Shown here one piece after another: positions 28,534-42,200 of a stretch of 64,000 bases of DNA; the first letter of the stretch is position 1; each line of letters begins with the position of its first letter. A program made the translations under genes and the position numbers. The stretch is from Chrysomallon squamiferum. Its lineage: Eukaryota; Animalia; Mollusca. The stretch is taken from assembly GCA_012295275.1 (NCBI GenBank), contig CM022670.1, positions 31,744,001-31,808,000 on the forward strand, written 5' to 3'. The notes under the pieces were generated by a model, which saw nothing but the letters and a program-made list of their open reading frames with translations, had not been told where the DNA came from and searched no databases.

Positions 28534-29607
28534 ATGTCGGCAGTCGAAGTGCCGCCATGTTTCATGGAAATTAATGATAATCCAATGGAAATATATGTTC
28601 AGGTTACACGCAAGATCAAGAAAGAAAACTGTGACAGTGAGAACTTTGATTCTGACTCACAGTATATTAAGAATGAAAATTACATAGAAGCTAAAGAGAA
28701 TGGAAAACAAAACACTAAGTCTGTGTTTCGTGATAAAGAATATAATTTGGTTTCAGAAGAAATTAAGGGTCAGGAAAATGAAACAGAGACAGCTGAACCA
28801 TTGACTGATGACTCTTGTAAACATAAAACATGGAATCAAGAATCATCGGATGCATTTGGTGTGGAAGACGATGACGATTATATTAGCAATGAAGTGGAAT
28901 TTAATGAAAAGAATGAAAAAAGTCAAGCATGTGATAGTCTGAATAATGAAGTTAATGACATCAGCTATGAATCAAAAGATAATCTGGATTATCCACTTAA
29001 TGCCGAGACAGACGATATTAGCGAGAGGGGAAGACTGCTCAAAGAAAATCAAGAAGTAAAAAGTAAAGATTATGACGGAAAACATTTTAGAGATAAGAAT
29101 GCAAATGAAAACCAGGAAACTGAAATACCCGACACAAAGGTCAATGTTTTACCAGCAAGTCATGTAGATGAAAATGACCGTTGTAAAATACTGGATTCTC
29201 TGAGAGCGGAATTCGTTAACAAAATCTGGGATGATTATGTTTCTGATTTTCTCATTGGTTCTGGACACGTGACTAAAGCTGCAATTCTCGACAGTGACAC
29301 CGGTCTGATTTTGGCTGGAAGTTTCGATTTTAATGTACACGAAAGTGAATTTAGACAGATTCTCCTAGGAATAGAGTTTGCGGAAGCAGCGTACAAATAT
29401 GGTGTGCTGGTGAACGGGTGCCACTACAATGTGAAACTTGCAGATGGCAGGCATGGAATCTTTGCCAAATCCAAACTAGGAGGATGTTCTGTGTGCAAAA
29501 CTAACACTCTGGTTATCATTGGTGTCCACGACAATATGTGTGATCCTAAACGATGTAACGAAGAGGTGATGAGGCTAGGAGACTTCTTTGTCAGCAAGGG
29601 GATGTAA
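28534..29607 (+). CDS. Profilin-domain protein with ~229-aa acidic, low-complexity N-terminal extension (357 aa)
   Basis: Single ORF with aaaATGt start context. The C-terminal 128 aa (from 29221: KIWDDYVSDFLIGSGHVTKAAILD...GVLVNGCHY...GGCSVCKTNTLVIIGVH...CNEEVMRLGDFFVSKGM*) match the profilin pattern. The N-terminal part is D/E/N/K/S-rich. Confidence 0.82.
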   Translation: MSAVEVPPCFMEINDNPMEIYVQVTRKIKKENCDSENFDSDSQYIKNENYIEAKENGKQNTKSVFRDKEYNLVSEEIKGQENETETAEPLTDDSCKHKTWNQESSDAFGVEDDDDYISNEVEFNEKNEKSQACDSLNNEVNDISYESKDNLDYPLNAETDDISERGRLLKENQEVKSKDYDGKHFRDKNANENQETEIPDTKVNVLPASHVDENDRCKILDSLRAEFVNKIWDDYVSDFLIGSGHVTKAAILDSDTGLILAGSFDFNVHESEFRQILLGIEFAEAAYKYGVLVNGCHYNVKLADGRHGIFAKSKLGGCSVCKTNTLVIIGVHDNMCDPKRCNEEVMRLGDFFVSKGM

Positions 29608-30584
29608 TCTCCAGTAACTGTAATAGTTGACGAATGTAAATTAATCTTCTGTTAGGTACTAATGATAAGCATGTGACTGATCTTGGATTATAACAAGGAT
29701 TCTGAGGACACAAAAATATATATAATAATACTAATTATTATTATTATTATAATGTATTGAAATAAATAAAAGCAGGTTGAAAGTGAAAATAATAATAACA
29801 ATAAGAAAAACAAATCTTTTATAATAAAATAGAAAGAAAGCAAAGACGAAATAATATTTACAAAAGTAAAATAATGATTTACAAAAGATGAAAATTATAG
29901 TAGTTGTACTGAATTAAAGGATACAATATTAAATATGGATTCTTTATTGTTTTTTCTGCATAAATATTATATTTAAAACGAAAGAGCTTGTTCTTTCCCC
30001 ACATTTTTTCTGTTATATTTATTTTATATCTATAATCTTAATGGCATATGCAAAATTATAAAAATAATAAGTAAATAAATCAAATAAAAATAAATATATA
30101 GTGGTTTCTGCGTGTATTTCTGTGTATGTGTATACTTATGTAAAAAAATTATAAATAAATAAATAGAAGTATTTTTAGTATTTATCCATTCATCTTACGC
30201 GAGCACATACATTGATGATTTTTTCAACAATAGGAGCAGGTTGTTCCCAGGTATAATTCAGTTATAAAGCGTTCAATTTTGGTTAACTCTTCTTAAGGCG
30301 ATTTACCTATACACAGCAGTATATATAAATAAAATATGATCAAAAGTCCTCTATAAGATTATTAAATAAAAAAGAAGAAAGAAAAAGATAAATAAATAAA
30401 TAAAATATGAATTAATTTTGTATTGTATTATTTAATATTAAGTATTTTGGATTTACAGCCCATTATTATTTTTAATTTTATTTTGAAATTAATTTGCATT
30501 TATTTGGCTTTATTTATTTATTTATTTATTTATTTTAAAAATAAATAATTTTGTTATTTTACGCTGCTTTATACGATATTTTTA

Positions 30585-30625
30585 AGGATGGCGTCGCCAG
30601 TTTCCTGCCTTGTTCTGCGCATGCA
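30585..30625 (+). promoter_or_regulatory. Putative housekeeping promoter elements (YY1-like ATGGCG, NRF1-like TGCGCATGCA), probably for the SAM-domain gene
   Basis: aggatggcgtc at ~30585 and tgcgcatgca at 30616-30625, in a CpG-containing patch within AT-rich DNA. The SAM gene's ATG exon is preceded by an acceptor, so an upstream non-coding exon is required. Confidence 0.4.
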
Positions 30626-31129
30626 GGGTGTGTTGTTTTGTCGAATCAAAAGAGTCCGCGAACTGCAATCGCCAAACGATTTATGTATGTTGTGGGTACT
30701 GATGTGATGCATGTGAATAAATACTGTAAATATGTTTTAAAAAAGAATAAAAGGACGTTTTAGAGGTATTACAATCTGTTAACGACAGGTGACTGTATTA
30801 TGTTTGCATTGAATTGTAATAACTAGTATTTAAGTAACATCAATAATTATAAAATGGTGGGAAGTGATATGTTTTTAGATGCTTTATTTTGCATACTAAT
30901 AGTATCTGGCAGTCAAAATATGGTTTACGGAGATGTCATAAGCAAGTGTTTTAGTAAGCTAAGAAGTTTCCTCTTTGAAGCGGTAATGCATGGTCATTTG
31001 CCGCTATATTACGAGGGAAAAAGGTAGTAAAGAAAAAAAACATACAAACTATGATGGGATTGAATATATTAATATTTGTTCCACTCTGTCTACTTTTTTA
31101 ACGTTGAGTCATACTACGTCAAGGTCAAA

Positions 31130-31160
<31 letters not shown>

Positions 31161-34100
31161 ACAAATAAATAAATAAAACAAAACAAAGGAAAGAGAAAAG
31201 TTTAAAAAGTTAATCGTTTGATTAAATTTAATGTTAAGGCGCATGTATGTAATCATTTATACCCGTTACGTTTCTTTCCGGCTTCTGTCTTGTAAAATAC
31301 GAACAACATTTATATAATAAAAACGGAATGTTTTGGAAAGTTTTGTGAATTGTTTCGATCTGTGATGCGAGACCACGATTATCATATTGGAGTTATTTCC
31401 CTTTAGTTCTGAATAATATGGGTTCCAGGAAGTTTCTAAATTTTATGTAAACCTGTTTTTGGAAGATTGACCTTAACACTAAAATGGACAAGTAACTTAA
31501 AGTAGGTATTGTGTATCTGATAAATAATCTAATTGTACAATCCACTTTTCTTCTTCTTTTTTTGTGCATTAAATTTATTGCATGAATATATGAATTGTAA
31601 CGAAATAGAAGATATTTGATAATTTTATTCCGCTGCCGCTACAGAGTAACAGACTTAGACTATAGATCAGTAACAGTAGTACTAGTATACTGTATAGTTT
31701 GTCAGTGTGTGTTGTTAACTTTAATAAAATGATATATTTAGTAATTAATGTCATTCGGAATGGCAGGAAATGGAATTTTTTGTATTGCGGTGATAAATTT
31801 AAAAATGTAATACTTCCCATTTTCATTACATTTTAAATGGAATTCTAAAATTCATTAATTTATCGTATTACCTGACTTAGTGTCAGCGGCTCCGCCTATT
31901 TTTATTTTTGACAAATAAAATTAATAACTGGAATAACGAAATTGAAATATTCATAACTTCATTCTGATTTCTAAGAGTAGTAATATTTCATTGCCACTTA
32001 CCATTTATAAACATATTAAGATTTATATGCACTTAACCATAAATTGTACATAAAATATATCACAGTATCACTATCAGTACGTATTATAATAATTATGTTA
32101 TAGTATTTTAACTATTTATAGCTCATTGAAAGACCCTTTTTAATTTGAAAACATAACAAGTTGTTTTGTTAAACACCTTTATAAAAACTGTTTTATACTG
32201 ATTACACAGACATATGTAATCATACACATCAGGTTAAATTTTGAAGAGTACTGAAATTTAAATAAAATAAAATGAAATAATATATATGTATATAATACTA
32301 AAAGATATAAATTATATTTGTAATAATATAAAATTTACTATTTTTTATATACACTACATTTTTTTCAGATGTTAATAATTTTTGTTTTTTGATAGGCTCT
32401 GAATGTTTAATATTTTTTCATTCAGTCTTGGGATCATGAACACCTTAATAAAATGGGTTTTTTCTTGATGGGGGGGATGTTGGATAAATAAAACTGAAAT
32501 CATAAAAGACAATGAAAGATTTTGTTTGAAAATTTAATCTATACTTGAATAGAATTTATTTAGATTTTATATTTTTAATACTTATATTTATGATTATAGA
32601 AGAAAAGTAATTTATAAATGTATATACATATATTCTTGCGATATTTTTAACAAGAAATAACTTGCATAATTTTGCTGCTCATTCATTATACGATTATGGT
32701 TGCTATTTTTGGAATTTTAAAGTAATTCTTATATGTGAATAGAACTCTTAATTGGAATTCTGTGCTTATTATTAAAGACAAAATTTACTTCTTGTAGATA
32801 AATAAAAAACTATGTGAAAATAAAAAGGATAAATCTCTCAAGTAAACCTAGTTTTTTAATTTTTTATTACACTGATTCTGTTCTCAGCAGTATTAATAAT
32901 AATATCTAGATAAATGAAAAATTACAATACATGAACTTATGAAGACAACAGTTTTATATATATATATATATATATGTTATTTAACAACACATATTTAATT
33001 TTTCTTAGATTTTATTATGTCTTTATCTTAATAAAAGAATAGACTTCTAGTAATGGAATTGAATAATGGATCAAATTAATAGTTTATGATTTCCATTGTT
33101 TCCTTGGATTAAATTAACAATCTTGATTACATAAATAACTCTGAATAATACGTATATCAAAATACTGAAACCTATTACTGTACTATAATAAATTTCCAAG
33201 TATATATATATGAGATATGAATAATGAAGGTATATTAATCAGCAAATTTGAAAATTTGAACATTTCAAAAATTAAAAATGCTTAATATAAACTAAGGTAA
33301 AAGTGCATTAATAAATAACTTACAGAACACTGAAGTACATGATACCTAACATACTTTTGCAAGGAAGCTTCTTAGTAACATAATTATTCACTACTTAAAA
33401 AAAGAAACACAAATGTTTAGATAAACTTTCCAATTATTTAGACTTCCTGCTGATAAGATTTCTAATCCCCGCTGATAACATTGTAACCCAATGCACACTG
33501 AGCTGCATGTGGCAGAGGTCAAACTACTTCAATCTCTGCATTCTTTCTATATTGTACTGCATGTATGTAACACACTGTACACCTATAATTTCACTATCAG
33601 TAAAAATAAAACTGAAAAGGAAATTTATTCAGGATTTATTTTCACCTTTGAAAAGAATTGCCCACAACTGTTGATTGCTGGATCAGTTGGGTTGTATAAA
33701 TTTTGGTAATTTATAATTTAGTGTTAGTAAAACATTGTCAGATGTTGTTGTACAACTGAGTGCAGGCTCAGTTTGTCAGATTAATATATTTTTATTTTAC
33801 GTTAAAATTTCTGAAATGGTGTATATGTATAAATTCATATAGTTTTCATTCATATATTTAGGGCAGAGTAATCCACTATTAACAGTAATCTCCATTAAGA
33901 TAAAAACAAAAGTTATTATGATATATTTTATATACCAAATACCAATTGAATATTTTTAAATAATAATTTATTATTTTTCATTTTCAAATAAAACCATTGT
34001 AAAGTGGAAAACAAAATATTATTGTTCATTATTAATGTTCATTTCAGCACTTAAACTCTCAAAACTTAACATTTGAAAACTGTATGAACTTAACAAACAA

Positions 34101-34222
34101 ATATATCAACATCTAATATAAACTGTAGCATAGTTTACAAGAAGATTAAATCCAGGTTATATACATGACTTTAACAGAAAATGCTGTCATAATTTACAAT
34201 GTTATTTTTTTTCACAGATACC

Positions 34223-37200
34223 ATGGAGAGTGAGCTGAAAGTGGAGGCCAGTAAGCATTTGGAGAAAAGTATGCTTACCACTCCGTCAACTCAGATAGAG
34301 GCTGAAGCTTCAAAGGTATTAATGGTAAGAATGTAGATCCAACAAAGAATAAAACATAACATTATTTTCTTAATTTATTTTTATTACAACATTGTAATTG
34401 TGTGTTTTTTGAAACGACATTGGGATATTTGTGCTTCTATTCTTGTAGTAATTATTATATATTTGTTTTTTATTTTATATTCCTTCATCTTCTGATAACC
34501 CCCTCCTCCACACAATAATAAATTACTTGTTTTGTAATGATTTAAAAAATTCATATTACATTGTATTAAAATAATTGCTGTTTGATGGTAGTTCTGTAAA
34601 TAGGTCTCATTATGACAATGTATTTGATTTATGTTTCAACATACCTTTATATTTTTTCATTTGTTTTTTTGAAGTTTAAAGTTCACTTTGGAAAATACAG
34701 TTATTTCAGTTTTACTAGTGATAATTTTATGAAACTTGGTACACTTGTTGACTGGGATCCCACAATGTTGAAAATTTGATTAAAACTTCTTGTTCATGAT
34801 GTGAACAGATACTCTTGATGTCCCGTGTTTTGATCCTACTTCGAAGAGTGAGGAGTTCGACTTCCTCAGTTTTCCATACACTTTGCAACAACTCCTTTTT
34901 GATATGATGGTATTGATAACACACGTTTTCAGGAGAGTTAAAGCTGCAGTTAGTCCTGGAAGAAATAAGGATTTTCAGTATTGGCCTGCACCTTCAATTC
35001 AATAGAACAAAGTCAGTGCTTTCCTAAATATTAAATCAAATCCTGAAACCCTTTCAGTAAAGTTAAGCAGGTCATAAAATGGCAGCAGAGTACATGTGTT
35101 ATTGCCAAAGGTCCACAAGTCTTGGGCATTTATGTCAATCTTCTCGAGTATAAATTTCAGTTTATTAAGGTGAAGGTAGACCTTGTTCATACTCTCTGCG
35201 CCGAAGACTGGGTGTACAAATACATTATGCAGTACACCACTTGATGACGTCTGATTTCAGACTGGGTTGTACTGTTGTTGACTGAAACCTTGTTCAAATC
35301 CAATTTATCCAATTATTTCTTTATTATATTTAATTATAGCATCATGGGAAGAAATGCTTCTTGTAAAATAATCAATAGTGTTTTCACACATTATATAATC
35401 ATGACATTATCCTTATTAGTGATGTGAAAATGAAGAAAAAAAAGAAGGAGTAATTAATTAGTTTATGTAACATCATGTAATCTAGCTTGCTTTTTCTTTT
35501 TTTTCCTTTTCTTTTTAAAAAACTTTTTCTTTTGTTGGGGTTAATATATTAGCAGCAAATTAGATAGTGCAATTCATCATTAGAAAAAAGTTGTAAATTT
35601 TAAAGTCAGGTTTGAGCAGGTGAAAGAAGGCAGGGTTTTAGGGAATACCTTCATTGCTATTTGTTTGTATTAGATTTTTGTATTTTGATACTAAATTCTA
35701 ATCAGATACTATTATTTAACTAACTATTTTGTTTAAAATAGGTTTCAAAGATATTCACTTTCATTCTTTTAGTGTATATCATACTATAAGTATGTTATTT
35801 ATTTTATTATAAATTTTTTTTTTTTTTTTTTTTTAATTTAATGTAACAAATTCATTGTTTATTGTTTAATTTGGGATCATTATTTTTAGATGTATTACCA
35901 GTAATTCAGACAATGCATAAAACTCAAGCAAGAGGGTCATTCCATGTCAAATCACCTAAAAAAAAAGAAAATTTAAACCCGACCGTCTCAGATTTTTATG
36001 AAACTTGGTACACTTGTTGACTGGGATCCCACAATGTTGAAAATTTGATTAAAACTTCTTGTTCATGATGTGAACAGATACTCTTGATGTCCCGTGTTTT
36101 GATCCTACTTCGAAGAGTGAGGAGTTCGACTTCCTCAGTTTTCCATACACTTTGCAACAACTCCTTTTTGATATGATGGTATTGATAACACACATTTTCA
36201 GGAGAGTTAAAGCTGCAGTTAGTCCTGGAAGAAATAAGGATTTTCAGTATTGGCCTGCACCTTCAATTCAATAGAACAAAGTCAGTGCTTTCCTAAATAT
36301 TAAATCAAATCCTGAAACCCTTTCAGTAAAGTTAAGCAGGTCATAAAATGGCAGCAGAGTACATGTGTTATTGCCAAAGGTCCACAAGTCTTGGGCATTT
36401 ATGTCAATCTTCTCGAGTATAAATTTCAGTTTATTAAGGTGAAGGTAGACCTTGTTCATACTCTCTGCTGAAGACTGGGTGTACAAATACATTATGCAGT
36501 ACACCACTTGATGACGTCTGATTTCAGACTGGGTTGTACTGTTGTTGACTGAAACCTTGTTCAAATCCAATGGCAAGGCCACATGACATGATAAAATGAC
36601 GTAATAGGTTTTATGAAGAAAACAATGCTTACTTATCAACTCTGACATTGTGTCCAACTTAAAAAGCTTCAGATAGAACATGTCATGCCATTTAGCATCT
36701 TTTCATATCCTTCAGGCATTCCTTCAGACATGTCAGGTGGGTTTTAACTCCAAAGATGAGTTTTTGGTCTCAGAGAAGTGTATACATAAAGAAAATGTAC
36801 ATTGTAATGCATTGTATCAATCATCCATGCAGGTATGCATTTTTTTAAATCTCTATTATGGCTAAACAAAAAATATTACACCCAGGAAACTTTTATATGT
36901 GAACTTTATGCATACAAGTAGGCCTACAATGTCTTACTCAATGATCAAGACAGATGGTGATTCCTAGCATCCAAAATTGATCATTCAGGTTTTAATTAAT
37001 ATTATGTTAATGGTGAAAAAGGTGTTATTTTCATGTATGTGCATTTTTTAAATCTATATTGTGGCTAAACAAAAAATATTACACCCAGGAAACTTTTATA
37101 TGTTTTAGTTAACATGTGGGAGATTAAATTTCAATAATGGTCATCTCAAGGTCACGTGATCCACACGGTCAATTTCAAGGTCATAGCAAAAGTCAAAAGG

Positions 37201-39299
37201 TCAATGTACTCCAATATTTTCCAAACTGAACAAAAATAGCAGATATTGCCTTTTCAACAATACCAATTTTATGAAGATTGGCCCAGTAGTTCCTGAGATA
37301 TGAGGGTTCTAAGGTTGGTGGTCACACCCATTTTTGCCAAAAATCTCAAAATTCAGTGGGCCATATCTCCCTATATCACTGATCCGATTGGGCTAATATT
37401 TCAGATTTGGTGCTGTGGAATCCCAGTCAACAAGTGTACCAAGTATCATAAAAATCTGAGACGGTCGGGTTTAACCCATTGGGTGATTTGACACGGAATG
37501 ACCCAAGAACAGTGTTTATTAAATATAACGAAATAACAGTTATAAATTTCTTTTTTAATTTTTGTTTTTGTTGTTTTTTTGTTTTTTTTATAAATATTTT
37601 GATACAATATATTTCACTGTATTTTGTTTACATTCCAGATGAAGCCAAAAGAGAGTACAAATAGTGTTCCTATGAGGAAGGGTTTAAAAGGCAAGGCCAA
37701 ACCTCTTCACTTTTGGACTAGTGCGGATGTTAACAAGTGGCTTAGAAAGCACGGAGGACATTGTTATGATCTTTATGGTGACATGCTGCTGGAAAATGAT
37801 GTCACAGGTTATTTTTAAAAACATTTTTTATCCATTGTTGAATTTTATAAATCTTTATACGTTAACAGTTTTTAAATCTGACAGTGGTTTAGAAAGGATG
37901 GAAGAATGTTTAAATATTCATTTTGTTAATAACATGGTTCTTTTATATTGGAATTTCTTTATTTTATCTGTGTTACTGGATACAAATAAAAATGGATGTT
38001 GCTTGCTAATTATATCCATGAAGTTACAGATTATGCAAGTTATATATAGTTAGCTAATGAAACTTTGATATGTATTTTTGTAATATAAAACATATAGCTT
38101 CACATATCAAAATTTTAATTTATTGTTATTATTATTATTATCTTTTAGGTAGAACATTGATACGAATGAATGAGATCAAACTTGAAAAGATGGGAATTAT
38201 GAATCAAGAGCATAGGTATCTTATTTATTCTTTAAAATAAATGTGCATTTTGTTTATTTTTTTATTTTTTTGCTTTGCTTAAGTCTTTATTATTTTGGTG
38301 TTTCAGGTTAAAGTCATTTATTTTATTTCATAATGATGATAACAGTAAATATTAGTTGTCTTTTCTGCCTCTTCAAAATGTCACAAAAACCGTGACATCA
38401 TATTTAATAATGTTATTGATGAATGAAATATTATAAATTCAAATATGCAGATTTATTGGAGCAGAATGTTATATGTGTGGCAAGCCATGCATCTTTCACA
38501 TATAAATTTCAAAACTAGTTTCTGTCTCTTTGAAAATATATAAGAATATTAACAGCATATATAAGATGGAGAAAACAACATCTTTCTAATTTCAGAAGGG
38601 AACTTTTACATCAGATTTTATGTTTAAGACTCAAACATGAAATGTGGGATTTGAGGAATCTGGATCAAAAAGGTATTGTGAGTAATCACATTATTCTGCT
38701 AATAATTGTCAGTGGATTTCATTCTGTATTTATTCCATTCTCCATTTAAAGCATTTTTCTTACCTTAGTTTCAGTTTTATCAAGCATCCTATTTCATTGT
38801 ATCCTATTTAAAATTTTCTTATGAATCTTAGTAGATCATTAAGAACATATAATATGAACAAATCTTTTAAACATTTCAGTTTTAATAATAATCAGACCTC
38901 CGTTTTCAGCAAAAAACCAGATTTGCTCATAATGTATGTGTTAATTGAATTAATCTGTCACCTAGACACTGTTAGAATTACTTCATTAATTAATATGATG
39001 ATGATAAAAATCTGAAAGTTTGTTGCTATTGCAATAGTCTTTATTTTAATATCTTTTGTTAGAGAAGTTTTAACAAAATGTGAAAAAATATATTTGTCAA
39101 TTTAGGTACTTCTATGTTTTTTCACTGTTTCATGTAAAAATGTATAAAATTTCTCTAGTTTCTGTTATAAAGAAATACTGATGGTGACTGTGCTTAAAGC
39201 AGATATTAAATGATAAATGTTGTGTTACTTTCAGGCACCGGTTTTGAGCTGAAACTACCTGAAACAAGAGTCACTTTGGAGAAACCTGTTGATAAATAA
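34223..39299 (+). CDS. Aveugle/Hyphen (SAMD10/SAMD12-like) SAM-domain adaptor, 156 aa
   Basis: Exons 34223-34315, 37639-37807, 38149-38215, 38596-38672, 39235-39299 (471 nt, in frame). SAM domain KPLHFWTSADVNKWLRKHGGHCYDLYGDMLLENDVTGRTLIRMNEIKLEKMGIMNQEHRRELLHQILCLRLK resembles the SAMD12/Aveugle pattern (KPVxxWTxxDVxKWLKKH...HDITGRALLRL...LERMGI). Confidence 0.85.
34725..35304. mobile_element. Truncated, near-identical copy of the left part of the Sola2-like element
   Basis: About 580 bp matching 35994-36571 with only a few differences (e.g. acacgtttt vs acacatttt; ctctgcgccgaag vs ctctgctgaag). It lacks the outer ~60 bp of the left TIR. Confidence 0.85.
35934..37504. mobile_element. Non-autonomous TIR DNA transposon, Sola2-like (1571 bp)
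   Basis: TIRs GGGTCATTCC(A/G)TGTCAAATCACC...TAAACCCGACCGTCTCAGATTTTTATGA(A/T)ACTTGGTACACTTGTTGACTGGGAT, ~90-100 bp and bipartite. 4-bp TSD AAGA at 35930-35933 and 37505-37508. GGG...CCC termini with a 4-bp TSD fit Sola2. Internal ~65-bp direct repeat at ~36836-36900 and ~37040-37102. Confidence 0.8.
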
Positions 39300-42200
39300 C
39301 TTGTTATGGATAAACAAGAAAGAAAGTATCTAGGTGATCATTCGTGATAGCAATGGTTCTTTGGATTTTATAAGGATAGCACATTACTGAAGTACTTAAA
39401 AAAAAAAATCAGTTGTGTTAATTTTGGTTAATTAATATATCCATTGAAGGTGCAAAATATCAATACTTTCCAATTTTTCATTTGTTGTCTTTAGTATTAT
39501 GCTTGAAAACTAATAACAACAAAACTAACTCTTGTTGAAGCTGATTTGTTAAAATAAAATCAGCTTTTCCCTTAAGTGCATTATTATGAAAACATGTATT
39601 TTGTTTAAATTCTTTACTGGGAAAAAAAGAAAAGAAAAGAAAAAATATGTATGTTGATTTCATTAGATATATAGCTAGATAGATATATGAATAAACACAC
39701 TACTATATATACACATATACACGCTAGAAAAATAGAGTTGAAAGGCTTGAGACAGTAATAGATTTTTGTATTTAAAATACTTGTATAGGAAATATGAACC
39801 TCATTTTGTTTCATAATTTGTACATGGAACGTATTTATATACATACTATACACTATATTGAATTATAATATTAAAAATGTAATTTTATACATGTTTATAC
39901 ATGTTTCTAAATATTGTATATAAAAGATAAATATTTATTTCACATCAGGCTTGGCAAATTGTTGATTAGCATCCAGTTGTTTAAAATTTATTGGTGCCGA
40001 TTTTTTAAATAATGATCTTGTGTTTTTACTTTTTAACATTTGTTGTGTACTTGTTGTATGGAAGTGAGGACCAAAAATGTTTCATTGAAGAGTATCTGTT
40101 GAGATTTGAAGAAATAGTCTAAATATAATCTGCATTCTTCTTAGTTGAGTTACATTTGTGGGATGTTTTTTTAGTCCTATCTTAATTAACAGCAAAGTAT
40201 ATCGACAAAAGAGTACAGTTGAAAAATATGTGAGATCTGCCATGTTTCAATAAGAAATAAAATTGTGATATTTAAATATTTTGTAGCAGTATTGTTTTAT
40301 TGTCTTAATTTCTTCCAAAACAATAAAATAATATCTGGGAACAGATAATTCTATTAAACTATTTATAAAATACCAAAGGTACATTTTAATGAACAAGTAA
40401 AATTTTAACATACATAATAGATCGTATTTCATTCTAGGTTGTGCATTATTCTTTTGTTCTGATTATTATTGAGCAAGGGAATGTATGTATATGTGTGTAT
40501 GTTTATAACAAAAGTTAAGAATAATAATTTTACAAATGTAAGCCTTGTTCTGATAAGTAACAGGAATTCATAATTTTTAATCACATTTATGAAAAAGCAA
40601 AATGGTTTTCCTTCTTCTTCATTCCAGTTGCAGAAATCAGTAATGAAATATAACCAAGAAACCTTTAAAGCATGTCTTAGATGCTTTTTCATCTTCAGTT
40701 AAAATTTTCTTTTATGATCATAATATATCTTTATTACATGATGCTCTCTTCTGGCCACATTTTAAACGTCTTTTTTTTTCTGCAATTAAAATGCATTTAT
40801 CTATATTTATGTTATCTACTGTAACATGTTTTCATTAGATCTGACATATGTTGGACATTCCATTGACCAGAAACCTAATTTTGAACTTTGCAGTGACCAG
40901 ATACCCAGTTTTGATCTTTTCTGACTAGCCGAATAACCAGACTGTTGTTAATCATGAAATACTGGCTAAAGCAAAATTGTCATTATTAAATCTGTTCACT
41001 GTTATACTGGAATTACTTTTCTTCTATTTAGTATGAAAAGCTCACATATATTGGAAGCCACTGCAGTTTAATAGTAAAAACATTGTTGACCATGTTAACA
41101 TTTTTTGCCTCAGATATTGTAATAACTGTTTTTAATTTATGTAAAGATAACTTAAAATTGTGATGTATATATTACTAAATATATTTATTAAAATATTTTT
41201 AAATGTTGGTTATATCATCTGTAAATTACTGTTAGACTCAAATTCTTTAAATATGGAATACATACTGTCACTTTTATTTTATTACCCTTTTTAAATTTTA
41301 CATTAGTATTTTTTTTATTATTTATTATTATTTTTTTTATTTAACTTAAATTATTATGAAATCAAATGTTTTGCATAGTAAATTAAAATAAATATTACAT
41401 TTAATTTTAAAAATATATTAGAATTATAAAATATCACAGAAGATATTAGTCCAGTGTAATTTAGTTAAAAACTCGATTAAAATTATTTTAATATATATAT
41501 ATATATAAATTACTTTTCACAATTGACAGTTCTGTGACATTTTTTTGGATATCATGTATATTAGCCTGGTATGATTTTATTTTGCATGTTGTTAATAATA
41601 TATAATTTAAATATGTCATCATGTTTCACATTATGATTATACACATTCATTTAATTATGATAAATTAAATTATTTATGTAATATAATATGTATAATTTAT
41701 TACTGACATTTGTGGGGCTTTTAACTTTCTTTTTAAAAAATGTATTATCTTTTTAGCCTGTTTCTAGCAGTTATTAGCATTTTTTGTTATTTTTTTTATT
41801 ATTTAAGCTGATATGAAGTAATCACTGAGAAAAAATAAAAAAATAATTTTGGTAGATGAATTGATAAAATTGTCTTTTTGTGAAAATAGCTAAAAAAACC
41901 TTCTTAGTATTTAAGCCTGTTTTAGATACGCATGAAATTTTCTTTTCTGAAGAAAAACAAATATGCAAACTAAAATACCTTACTTTTTATTTATTTATTT
42001 ATTTAATTATTATAATAATTATTATTATTATTGTTACTGTTGTTGTTGTTGTTGTTATTGTTAATTTTATTTTTATTTTTATTTTTATTTTATTTTTAAA
42101 TTACGATTTTAAGTATTATTAGTTTGCATTGAATGACAGTTTAGAGATTTTCTGGTGTAAACAATTTTCTGTAATATTTACATTATGATTTTACTACTAT

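Noticed and set aside
31860-31900. GC-richer patch with a minus-strand donor-like site (aagtcag|gtaata), suggesting a divergent transcript
   Set aside because: No downstream exon or ORF could be linked; too weak without RNA data.
38216-38595. SAM-gene intron starting GTATCTTA as a possible second U12 intron
   Set aside because: It deviates from GTATCCTT and has no clear TCCTTAAC branch site; treated as U2-type.
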